From a virus (Duplodnaviria; Heunggongvirae; Uroviricota; Caudoviricetes), in IMG/VR virus record IMGVR_UViG_3300037400_003880: a stretch of DNA of 64,000 nucleotides; one strand, written 5' to 3'. Positions 50,523 to 56,907 of the stretch are shown piece by piece. Each line of letters opens with the position of its first letter. The first letter of the stretch is position 1. The notes under the pieces are model-generated. The model was not told the origin of the DNA. It searched no databases and worked only from the letters and a program-made list of their open reading frames with translations. A program made the position numbers and the translations under genes.

Positions 50523-50598
50523 CGCGGGTTAGAGCAGTTGGTAGCTCGTCAGGTTCATTACCTGAAGGTCAGGGGTTCGAGTCCCTTACCCGCAACCA
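50523..50598 (+). tRNA. tRNA-Met/fMet-like (CAT), C1·A72 mismatch, CCA encoded
   Basis: Acceptor CGCGGGT/ACCCGCA. D-arm GAGC..GCTC. Anticodon stem TCAGG/CCTGA with loop TTCATTA. Confidence 0.6.
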
Positions 50599-50601
50599 AA
50601 T

Positions 50602-50677
50602 CGCCCCATCGTCTAAATGGTAAGGACGCGTCCCTTTCAAGGAGGTAATGCGAGTTCGATTCTCGCTGGGGTGACCA
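50602..50677 (+). tRNA. tRNA-Glu (TTC), CCA encoded
   Basis: Glu-type D-arm GTCTAAATGGTAAGGAC. Anticodon loop CTTTCAA. T-arm GCGAGTTCGATTCTCGC. Confidence 0.65.
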
Positions 50678-50685
50678 GCACGTTA

Positions 50686-50762
50686 CGACAAATCAGCAAA
50701 ACACTTCTTTCTTCAGAAATTAGAGAGATAAAGTCGTGCATTATCTTTAATAGTTTGTCGTG
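50686..50762 (+). ncRNA. Y RNA-like short element
   Basis: 5' CGACAAATCAGCAAAACAC ... 3' TTTGTCGTG. Confidence 0.4.
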
Positions 50763-50769
50763 AAAAATG

Positions 50770-50838
50770 GCGCGGTAGTGTAAAGGTAGCATAGTAGAGT
50801 CATTATCTACTGATTCAAGTTCGAGTCTTGACTGCGCA
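50770..50838 (+). tRNA. short tRNA with CAT anticodon (Met or Ile-lysidine type), reduced D-arm
   Basis: Acceptor GCGCGGT/ACTGCGC. Anticodon stem GTAGA/TCTAC with loop GTCATTA. T-arm CAAGTTCGAGTCTTG. Confidence 0.45.
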
Positions 50839-50842
50839 ATAA

Positions 50843-50966
50843 AAGATGTGTCAGCAAAACACTTAGTTATGGCATTTTAAGCCTCAGAATGTTGGTTCGA
50901 GTCCAACCCTCTCTTTGGAGAGGTAGCTTAATTGGCAGAGCGGAGAAAAACGAAAAACACATCTTG
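50843..50966 (+). ncRNA. Y RNA-like element with permuted tRNA-like module
   Basis: 9 bp closing stem AAGATGTGT/ACACATCTT. Interior: T-arm GTTGGTTCGAGTCCAAC, acceptor 3' strand CCTCTCT, TT, acceptor 5' strand GGAGAGG, TA, D-arm GCTTAATTGGCAGAGC. Confidence 0.5.
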
Positions 50967-51190
50967 TTTTAATGCCCGAGTACCCCAATCGGCAGAGGGA
51001 GCGGACTTTGATGTATTCTATCACAAAAGTGATACTACTGAAAAGTAGAGAGTGCCCCAAGAGAAATCTTGGAAGTAGAAGATGGCTAAAACGGCGAAGG
51101 CGAATACAGAACGCCGTGCAAGGATTTTAGGCAGACGGAAAGTTTTAGATGGATTTTTGCGTGATACCACTTATAAGTGAGGTGATAGAA

Positions 51191-51697
51191 ATGCAGAAGT
51201 ACACTAAAGAGTGGTTAGAAGAGCTTTGTGCAAACAGCTTTTCTTACGCAGAGGTTTTAAGAAAAGCCGGTCGTAAGCAAGGCGGTGGAACACAAGCGAC
51301 TCTAAAAAAGAAGATTGAAGAATTTAATATTGATGTCTCTCATTTTACGGGGCAAGGGTGGAATGGTCATTCTAATACCGTTGTTGATGTAAATAGAGAG
51401 AAATATTCAATAGAAGAAATCTTCATTAAGAACAGCCCAGTTACACAAAAAGTTATGAGAGGATATGTTGAAAGGCACAATCTTCTTGAGTACAAATGTG
51501 TTAATTGTGGTTGTGATGGAAATTGGCAAGGCGGCACAATCTCATTAGAGATTGACCATATTGATGGAGATAATTCTAATAATGAATTATCAAATCTCCG
51601 TTATTTATGTCCCAATTGTCACGCTCTTACTGAAACTTATCGAGGAAAAAACAAAGCCCTGAAATCTATGTGTAGAGACTGTACACCATCAGCCTAA
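51191..51697 (+). CDS. HNH homing endonuclease
   Basis: GGTGATAGAA ribosome-binding site, then ATG at 51191. HNH motif EIDHIDGDNSNNELSNLRYLCPNCHALTE. A 33-codon ORF upstream (51082-51183) lies in a different frame. Confidence 0.75.
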   Translation: MQKYTKEWLEELCANSFSYAEVLRKAGRKQGGGTQATLKKKIEEFNIDVSHFTGQGWNGHSNTVVDVNREKYSIEEIFIKNSPVTQKVMRGYVERHNLLEYKCVNCGCDGNWQGGTISLEIDHIDGDNSNNELSNLRYLCPNCHALTETYRGKNKALKSMCRDCTPSA

Positions 51698-51713
51698 ATC
51701 GAAAGATATGGTT

Positions 51714-51878
51714 AAGACACAGTCCAGACTACAACACAGCAATGTGGCTATGGTGACATAGTGTAGTACGAAAATCCGTATAGTGTGGGTTCGAATCCCA
51801 TTTCGGGCACCATTCTTATTGGGCTTATATGGCTTGGCTGTCACCATATGGCAGCGGCTCAATAGGAAACCAAGCCTT
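51714..51878 (+). ncRNA. Y RNA-like/tRNA-like structured element
   Basis: AAGACACAG...ACACAGCAATG motif. Internal stem CTATGGTGACA/TGTCACCATAG. T-arm-like GTGGGTTCGAATCCCAT. Confidence 0.35.
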
Positions 51879-51950
51879 AAGACGGTTCAGCAACTCTATA
51901 TAATAGAACTGTGTATTTGTGAACGCTGTTAATTTATATTGTCCGTCTTG
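51879..51950 (+). ncRNA. Y RNA-like short element
   Basis: 5' AAGACGGTTCAGCAACTC ... 3' GTCCGTCTTG. Confidence 0.45.
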
Positions 51951-51957
51951 TTTAAAT

Positions 51958-52032
51958 CGAGGACGTGGTGTAATTGGTAACACACCACATTTGGGATGTG
52001 GGGTAGCGGTTCGAGTCCGACGTCTTCGACCA
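51958..52032 (+). tRNA. tRNA-Pro (TGG), CCA encoded; weak T-stem
   Basis: Anticodon stem CCACA/TGTGG with loop TTTGGGA. T-loop TTCGAGT. Acceptor (C)GAGGAC/GTCTTCG with G·U pairs. Confidence 0.55.
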
Positions 52033-52129
52033 GCCCATAAGGGCAATCTTGATTTTTTCATCATTATTCATAATAATACCTCCAGAGTTATTATGAAAGT
52101 GTCGCATTATTGCGGAATGCGACACAAAT

Positions 52130-52206
52130 CGGGAATTAGCCCAATTGGCAGAGGCATACGTTTAAGGTGCGTATTAGTGAGGGTTCGAGTCCCTTGTTCC
52201 CGACCA
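52130..52206 (+). tRNA. class-I tRNA with Leu-type anticodon (loop TTTAAGG/TTAAGGT; TAA or AAG), A73, CCA encoded
   Basis: Acceptor CGGGAAT/GTTCCCG. D-arm GCCCAATTGGCAGAGGC. Anticodon stem (A)TACGT/GCGTA(T). T-arm GAGGGTTCGAGTCCCTT. Preceded by a 10 bp hairpin GTGTCGCATT..AATGCGACAC. Confidence 0.5.
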
Positions 52207-52393
52207 TCAGGTAAGCAGAGCTACCCGTCATTCGGTGACAAAGCTGCTCGGAGCGTTAACACGGATTTTGGATTAGTAAACTACTACCGGCGAGAGGTCG
52301 CTCCTCTCGATATGTAGCTTGCGGCAAACGCTCCGTTAATAAATAAGAAGGCGAAGTAACTAGTCCACCATTAAAAGAAAGGAGAGAATAGTC

Positions 52394-52897
52394 GTGGATA
52401 TGAAAAAGTTTCATCGTGGTAATGGAGACATTGTAACTCATGATGAAATGGTCAAGATTGCAGCTGATTATATCAGTGCTGATCCATCTCAGGAGTATGA
52501 AATTACTGTAGGGACTGATAGCCAAAACCATTCACAAACAAAAATGGTTGAAGTTATTGCTCTTCACAGAATTGGACACGGCGGCATCTTCTTCTATAGG
52601 GTTGATTATGTTCGTAAGATTAAGTCACTAAAGGAGAAGATTGTAGAAGAAACCTCGCGTTCTCTTGAGAATGCATCAGGGTTACTTGACGATGTTCAAC
52701 TTCAGTTGCTTGAAGAAGGCATTGATATTGATGACTTGAATATTCATTTCATTATTCATTGTGATATTGGTCATGAAGGAAAAACTCAGGCTTTAATTAA
52801 GGAAATTGTAAGTTGGGTTCATTCCGCAGGTTATGAATGTCAAATCAAGCCAGACAGCTATGCGGCTTCTGGTATTGCAAATAAGATTTCTAAATGA
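52394..52897 (+). CDS. hypothetical protein inside the tRNA array (H..GHGG / DIGHEG motifs; RNase-H-like fold?)
   Basis: AAAGGAGAG ribosome-binding site. Track ORF. Preceded by a structured leader with 7-8 bp helices. Confidence 0.5.
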   Translation: MDMKKFHRGNGDIVTHDEMVKIAADYISADPSQEYEITVGTDSQNHSQTKMVEVIALHRIGHGGIFFYRVDYVRKIKSLKEKIVEETSRSLENASGLLDDVQLQLLEEGIDIDDLNIHFIIHCDIGHEGKTQALIKEIVSWVHSAGYECQIKPDSYAASGIANKISK

Positions 52898-52916
52898 GGT
52901 GTTAATCACCTCAGAT

Positions 52917-52994
52917 GCCGTGGTAGTCCAACTGGCAGGAGACGTTTGCCTTAGGAGCAAAACAGTATGGGTTCGAATCCCTTCTACGGCACCA
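52917..52994 (+). tRNA. class-I tRNA with anticodon TAG (Leu CUA/CUG codons), A73, CCA encoded
   Basis: Acceptor GCCGTGG/CTACGGC. Anticodon stem TTTGC/GCAAA with loop CTTAGGA. T-loop TTCGAAT. Confidence 0.55.
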
Positions 52995-52996
52995 TT

Positions 52997-53090
52997 AAGA
53001 CAGCGCAGCAAATTTGAATAGCTCCATTTATATACACATAAAATGTATTTTAACAAAAGTGTCTCTGCTATAATGACACGAGCTGTCTTG
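52997..53090 (+). ncRNA. Y RNA-like element
   Basis: 5' AAGACAGCGCAGCAAATT ... 3' GAGCTGTCTTG. Confidence 0.4.
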
Positions 53091-53110
53091 TAATTTAATT
53101 CAAACTTATT

Positions 53111-53230
53111 AAGACTCTCCAGCAATCTGAGAAGGATTTCTTTCCAGTGTAGCCAAGTGGGTTAAGGCAGCGGCATCAAAGCCGTGATTCTCCGGTTCGA
53201 ATCCGGACTCCGGACAAAAAAAGAGTCTTG
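53111..53230 (+). ncRNA. Y RNA-like element enclosing a pseudo-tRNA (anticodon CAA, degenerate acceptor)
   Basis: 8 bp closing stem AAGACTCT/AGAGTCTT. The interior TCCAGTG TA GCCAAGTGGGTTAAGGC A GCGGC ATCAAAG GCCGT .. TCCGGTTCGAATCCGGA CTCCGGA has the Gln/Sup-like D-arm. Confidence 0.45.
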
Positions 53231-53236
53231 AGTTAT

Positions 53237-53309
53237 GGTGTAAGTGGTGAAATGGCTATCACGGCGGTTTGTGGCACCGCAGTTAAGAGTTCGATTCTCT
53301 TCTTATGCC
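53237..53309 (+). tRNA. tRNA-His (GTG) with encoded G-1:C73
   Basis: 8 bp acceptor GGTGTAAG/CTTATGCC. D-stem GTGA/TCAC. Anticodon stem GCGGT/ACCGC with loop TTGTGGC. T-arm AAGAGTTCGATTCTCTT. Confidence 0.7.
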
Positions 53310-53330
53310 CTTTATTTATCAATTAAAATA

Positions 53331-53359
53331 TTGACTTTTTGAGAAAAATATGGTATAAT
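53331..53359 (+). promoter_or_regulatory. conserved promoter
   Basis: TTGACTTTTTG..ATGGTATAAT. Confidence 0.55.
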
Positions 53360-53382
53360 ATTTATAGAAAGTGAGGGAAAAT

Positions 53383-53622
53383 ATGAAACAATTTATTATT
53401 TTAGAGGTATGCAATGAGGATTATTACATTTTCGATACTGTTAATGAAGCTATTCTCTATGCAATAGGGAAGGTTTGTAAATGGGTAAAAGATGAGGTGT
53501 TGGGAATGACAAAAGAAAGCGCAGGAGAGATTATCCTTGAAATGATGGATAGTAAGACTGACCATTCTTTTTATGTCGATGACGTTTTTTACTGTTATCC
53601 CGCACAATATATTAAGGAATAA
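53383..53622 (+). CDS. hypothetical protein
   Basis: AGTGAGGGAAAA ribosome-binding site, then ATG at 53383. Confidence 0.45.
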   Translation: MKQFIILEVCNEDYYIFDTVNEAILYAIGKVCKWVKDEVLGMTKESAGEIILEMMDSKTDHSFYVDDVFYCYPAQYIKE

Positions 53623-53639
53623 GTAAAGGAGAGAGTTAA

Positions 53640-53768
53640 ATGAGTAAAGAGCTGAGAATCCAGATGATGGAAAATCGAATTGTCTTGCTTATGTCTCGCG
53701 GCGAGACTATGAATGCAAGAATTGTAGCGAAGCTAAAGCGACAGCTTCGCAAGCTCAAGGGCGAGTAA
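53640..53768 (+). CDS. small basic protein (42 aa)
   Basis: AAGGAGAGAG ribosome-binding site. MSKELRIQMMENR... Below the track cutoff. Confidence 0.35.
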   Translation: MSKELRIQMMENRIVLLMSRGETMNARIVAKLKRQLRKLKGE

Positions 53769-53780
53769 TCGCCCACTTAT

Positions 53781-53854
53781 GGGGATGTGGTGCAAGTGGC
53801 AGACGCGGCTGTCTCAAAAACAGTTTTTTGTGGGTTCGAATCCCACCATCCCCA
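53781..53854 (+). tRNA. class-I tRNA with anticodon CAA (Leu UUG codon), A73
   Basis: Acceptor GGGGATG/CATCCCC. Anticodon stem GCTGT/ACAGT with loop CTCAAAA. T-arm GTGGGTTCGAATCCCAC. Confidence 0.55.
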
Positions 53855-53942
53855 CTGGCGCGCAGGTTTGATGCAATGCGACATATACAGAAATCCGTGT
53901 ACTATAGAGTATTCCTGCACAATCTATAGCGGTATTTAATTT

Positions 53943-54089
53943 AAGACACGCACAGCAAAGTTTTTTATAAATGGACAGTAAATCCGTTGGGGAAGTCCCT
54001 TCGTAGGTGCAAATCCTATCCTCGCCCACCAATATGGGTGAGTAGCCAAGTAGACAAAGGCGGCGGAACCATATGTAAAAAGTGTCTTG
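53943..54089 (+). ncRNA. Y RNA-like element with permuted tRNA-like module
   Basis: Closing stem AAGACAC/GTGTCTT. Interior: T-arm-like GTAGGTGCAAATCCTAT, acceptor 3' strand CCTCGCC plus CACCA, ATAT, acceptor 5' strand GGGTGAG, TA, D-arm GCCAAGTAGACAAAGGC. Confidence 0.45.
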
Positions 54090-54093
54090 AGAT

Positions 54094-54179
54094 GCGGAGA
54101 TGCCCGAGTGGTTGATGAGGACGGTCTGCAAAACCGTTGGCTTGCGCCCGCGTGGGTTCGAATCCCACTCTCCGCTCCA
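54094..54179 (+). tRNA. class-II (long variable arm) tRNA with anticodon GCA (Cys codons) and U73, CCA encoded
   Basis: Acceptor GCGGAGA/TCTCCGC. Tyr/Ser-like D-arm CCCGAGTGGTTGATGAGG. Anticodon stem ACGGT/ACCGT with loop CTGCAAA. 14 nt variable arm TGGCTTGCGCCCGC. T-arm GTGGGTTCGAATCCCAC. Confidence 0.55.
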
Positions 54180-54182
54180 AAT

Positions 54183-54256
54183 GCAGAATTAGTTTAATGG
54201 TAGAATTGGTGCTTCCCATGCACTTGACGCGGGTTCGATTCCCGTATTCTGCTCCA
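54183..54256 (+). tRNA. tRNA-Gly (CCC), CCA encoded
   Basis: Acceptor GCAGAAT/ATTCTGC. Anticodon loop TTCCCAT. T-arm GCGGGTTCGATTCCCGT. Confidence 0.7.
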
Positions 54257-54258
54257 GT

Positions 54259-54385
54259 AAGGTAGGTCAGCAAGAAGAACTAAAATTTTGTTCCAACTCT
54301 TATGTTGATGGTTCGAGTCCATCCTCACTCGCAAGTGTGAGTAGTTCAACTGGCAGAACAAAGGGTAAAAATTTAACCTATCTTG
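54259..54385 (+). ncRNA. Y RNA-like element with permuted tRNA-like module
   Basis: Closing stem GGTAGGT/ACCTATC with TCAGCAAG. Interior: T-arm GATGGTTCGAGTCCATC, acceptor 3' strand CTCACTC, loop GCAAGT, acceptor 5' strand GTGAGTA, D-arm GTTCAACTGGCAGAAC. Confidence 0.5.
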
Positions 54386-54417
54386 ATTATATCTGAGTTT
54401 AATTCTCTTCGGAGTAT

Positions 54418-54508
54418 CAAAGGCACAAAACAGCGGCGTACTTCTAAGTTCGATTCTTAACTCCTCCACCAATATGGGGGAGTAGCCCTTGGAGGGCTAT
54501 GTGTCTTG
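54418..54508 (+). ncRNA. Y RNA-like/tandem tRNA-like fragment element
   Basis: T-arm-like CTAAGTTCGATTCTTAA. CTCCTCC ACCA ATAT GGGGGAG TA GCCC. Ends ATGTGTCTTG. Confidence 0.35.
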
Positions 54509-54512
54509 ATTT

Positions 54513-54585
54513 GTCTCATTAGTTCAACAGGATAAAACAGTTTCCTCCTAAGAAACAGTTACAGGTTCGAGTCCTGTATGGGGCA
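54513..54585 (+). tRNA. tRNA-Arg (CCT)
   Basis: Acceptor GTCTCAT/ATGGGGC with two G·U pairs. Anticodon stem GTTTC/GAAAC with loop CTCCTAA. T-arm ACAGGTTCGAGTCCTGT. Confidence 0.55.
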
Positions 54586-54642
54586 CTGGGCGTTACTGCC
54601 CAAGTTATTTTCGACGTAAGTCTTGCGGCATGACTATAAACT

Positions 54643-54750
54643 GCCGTTGATGATGCGGAGGTGCGCAAGTGGTCATAAGCGCATAGCCTTGAAAGCTATT
54701 GTGTCAGCTTAGTATCTGACCCGTGGGTTCGAATCCCACTCTCCGCGCCA
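54643..54750 (+). tRNA. tRNA-Ser (TGA), class II, CCA encoded
   Basis: Acceptor GCGGAGG/TCTCCGC. Anticodon stem ATAGC/GCTAT with loop CTTGAAA. 21 nt variable arm. T-arm GTGGGTTCGAATCCCAC. Confidence 0.7.
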
Positions 54751-54894
54751 GACATGCTTTTGTAATTTCCATGTAATGAACAAGAAATTATTACCTTAGT
54801 GGTGGCTGAGCTATCTTTCAGTAAGTTTTAATAAATAATAAAATTAAATTTAAAATTTATTGAAGGGTAGCTTGGCTTAATACAGGTTATTTAT

Positions 54895-54923
54895 TTGACT
54901 TTCTTAGGAAAGTATGCTATAAT
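54895..54923 (+). promoter_or_regulatory. conserved promoter
   Basis: TTGACTTTCTT..ATGCTATAAT. Confidence 0.55.
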
Positions 54924-54989
54924 ATTATTATAGTGAGAAGATAAAACAGCAAACAAAAAGATTTATCTTGTGAAAAGGAGAAATGTGTA

Positions 54990-56459
54990 ATGAGTAATTT
55001 TGCAAACGCTTTTGGTAGAATGGCAGACATGACTATGACCGAGAATGGTGGACGCGCTTTCAGTACTACCGGTTCAGCTTTGCTTGACCTGTTCGCTAAT
55101 ATCGGTGGCATGAGAAATCGAGACACTTCTGATGTTGTTTCTGCATGGCAGGCAGCTCGGAAGGAAGATAAGGAGCTTGCGGATAATCTGATCCTCTATG
55201 CCCGTGATATTCGTAACACTGGTCTCGGTGAGCGTAAGATTGGTCGTGCCCTCCTGAAGGCTCTCGGTGATGCTGATCCTCAGAAGGTAATCCGTAACTT
55301 TGAAACCATTGTTGCGGCAGGTCGTTGGGATGACTTGTTCATCTTTGTGGGTAACCCTGCAATTGAGAACAAGATGTGGGATTATGTTGAAGAGCAGTTC
55401 CGTGCTGATGTAAAGGGTGTAAAGCTTAACCAGCCTATCTCTTTGCTCGGTAAGTGGATGCCTTCCATTAACACCAGCTCTCAGGAGACTCGTAAGCTCG
55501 CACGTCGTGCCTGCGCGCACTTGGGTCTGACTGAGCGTACTTATCGTAAGAGCCTTAGCGCGCTTCGTAAGCATATCAACATTGTTGAGCGTCTTATGAG
55601 CGCCGGCGAGTGGGATAAGATTGACTTCGAGTCTGTACCTTCTGTAGCTATGTCTCGTTATATCAATACTTATAACAAGCGTTGTCAGGAGCGTTTTGCT
55701 GAATACAAGGCTTCCCTCGTAAAGGGTGAAGCTAAGGTTAATGCAGCAACTTTGTATCCTTATGACATTGTTATGAAGGCATTGAATAGCGGATACTACG
55801 GGAAGATGACTCTTGATGCTGTTGACGAAGCACAATGGAAGGCTCTGCCTAACTATGTGTCTGGTGAGAATGAGGTCGTTGTAATGGCGGACGTGTCTGG
55901 TTCTATGAGCTGTGACATGAATCGTCCTATGGCAACTTCTATCGGTCTTGCCACCTATTTCGCACAGAGGAACAAGGGTGCATATCACAATATGTATCTT
56001 ACCTTTACCTCTCAGCCTGCTTTCATTCATCTCAAGGATGAGTGGAGTTTGGCAGACTGCCTTAACTATGTGAAGAGTCATGGTGTAGGTTATAGCACTA
56101 ATCTGGATGCGGCTTTCGCTGCAATCTATGAGGTTGCTGTTCGCACCAATGAAGCTCCAAAGGCACTGGTTGTAATCTCTGACATGGAGATTGATAGCTG
56201 GTACTCTGGTAACTTCTGCGACTCTATCGCAAGTAAGTGGGAGAGAAAGTATGCAGCCGTTGGCTTGAAGGCTCCTAAGCTTATCCTTTGGAACGTAGAA
56301 TCTCGTGGTGGACGTGTGCTCGCACAGCAGTCTGATCGTGTAGGTTTCGTTTCTGGATATGGCGTTGGTCCTTTCGCAAACTTGACCTCTCTTATCGACA
56401 AGAGTGCTTACGAGGCAATGAAGGAAATTCTTTCTAAGCCTGCATTCCAGTGGAAGTAA
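54990..56459 (+). CDS. Ro60/TROVE-like protein with C-terminal vWA domain (Rsr-like, DUF2828-type; tentative)
   Basis: AAAAGGAGAAA ribosome-binding site. An N-terminal alpha-helical region of about 290 aa is followed by a vWA MIDAS motif VVVMADVSGSMS and LVVISDMEID. Lies directly downstream of the Y RNA-like/tRNA array. Confidence 0.55.
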   Translation: MSNFANAFGRMADMTMTENGGRAFSTTGSALLDLFANIGGMRNRDTSDVVSAWQAARKEDKELADNLILYARDIRNTGLGERKIGRALLKALGDADPQKVIRNFETIVAAGRWDDLFIFVGNPAIENKMWDYVEEQFRADVKGVKLNQPISLLGKWMPSINTSSQETRKLARRACAHLGLTERTYRKSLSALRKHINIVERLMSAGEWDKIDFESVPSVAMSRYINTYNKRCQERFAEYKASLVKGEAKVNAATLYPYDIVMKALNSGYYGKMTLDAVDEAQWKALPNYVSGENEVVVMADVSGSMSCDMNRPMATSIGLATYFAQRNKGAYHNMYLTFTSQPAFIHLKDEWSLADCLNYVKSHGVGYSTNLDAAFAAIYEVAVRTNEAPKALVVISDMEIDSWYSGNFCDSIASKWERKYAAVGLKAPKLILWNVESRGGRVLAQQSDRVGFVSGYGVGPFANLTSLIDKSAYEAMKEILSKPAFQWK

Positions 56460-56462
56460 TGT

Positions 56463-56486
56463 AAGGGCGGCTCGTCCGCCTTTATA
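56463..56486 (+). terminator. terminator-like hairpin GGGCGGCTCGTCCGCCTTT
   Basis: GGCGG/CCGCC stem followed by TTTAT. Confidence 0.5.
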
Positions 56487-56492
56487 TAAATA

Positions 56493-56722
56493 TGGCGGTT
56501 CAGCAACTTACTTTATGAGAAATTGGAGTTAAATTTATTTTAACAGGCTTTTGGCTGCCGAAGTCAAATGTGACCCATCGAGGACATGGGCAAAAATCCT
56601 AAAAGGTGCCGTCATGATATACGATTCTTCCAGCAATAGTGATGCTATGTTTAGGAAAATTTTACAATTATGCCTTGATTGAAGAGCAGAATCGTGCGGC
56701 ATTATAGTTTCTATAGTGCCGC
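56493..56722 (+). ncRNA. Y RNA-like element, long and divergent
   Basis: 5' TGGCGGTTCAGCAACTT ... 3' GTGCCGCTTTA. No ORF. Confidence 0.3.
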
Positions 56723-56731
56723 TTTATTTAT

Positions 56732-56760
56732 TTGACTTTTTTATAAAAATATGATATAAT
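56732..56760 (+). promoter_or_regulatory. conserved promoter
   Basis: TTGACTTTTTT..ATGATATAAT. Confidence 0.55.
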
Positions 56761-56787
56761 ATAAGTGTAGAAAGGAGAGATGGACTT

Positions 56788-56907
56788 ATGCATGAACTGC
56801 TTTCTTTACTTATGTTGTTAGTTCTTGTGCCGGCGGCAATAATCTTTATCGAGATTATTATTGAGCGTATTGAAGATGCTAAAGAAGGGGAGGATGAAGA
56901 TATGTGA
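56788..56907 (+). CDS. small membrane peptide (39 aa)
   Basis: AAAGGAGAG ribosome-binding site, then ATG at 56788. Hydrophobic with an acidic tail. Confidence 0.3.
   Translation: MHELLSLLMLLVLVPAAIIFIEIIIERIEDAKEGEDEDM

Noticed and set aside
50843-54385. Genuine circularly permuted tRNA genes (3' half before 5' half) as in some algae
   Set aside because: The sequences between the closing stem and the T-arm or D-arm are too long (17-40 nt) and no anticodon arm is present. The architecture fits the YrlA-like tRNA mimic better. The decayed tandem-tRNA-junction explanation is kept as an alternative in the findings.
48612-54472. Track ORFs overlapping the tRNA array (48612-48881, 49124-49465-, 49174-49509-, 49196-49432, 49278-49499, 49692-49922, 50050-50367-, 51919-52317, 52256-52531-, 53814-54131-, 54016-54273-, 54194-54472-)
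   Set aside because: They run through tRNA genes and structured RNA and have low-complexity translations. The region is better explained by tRNAs and ncRNAs.
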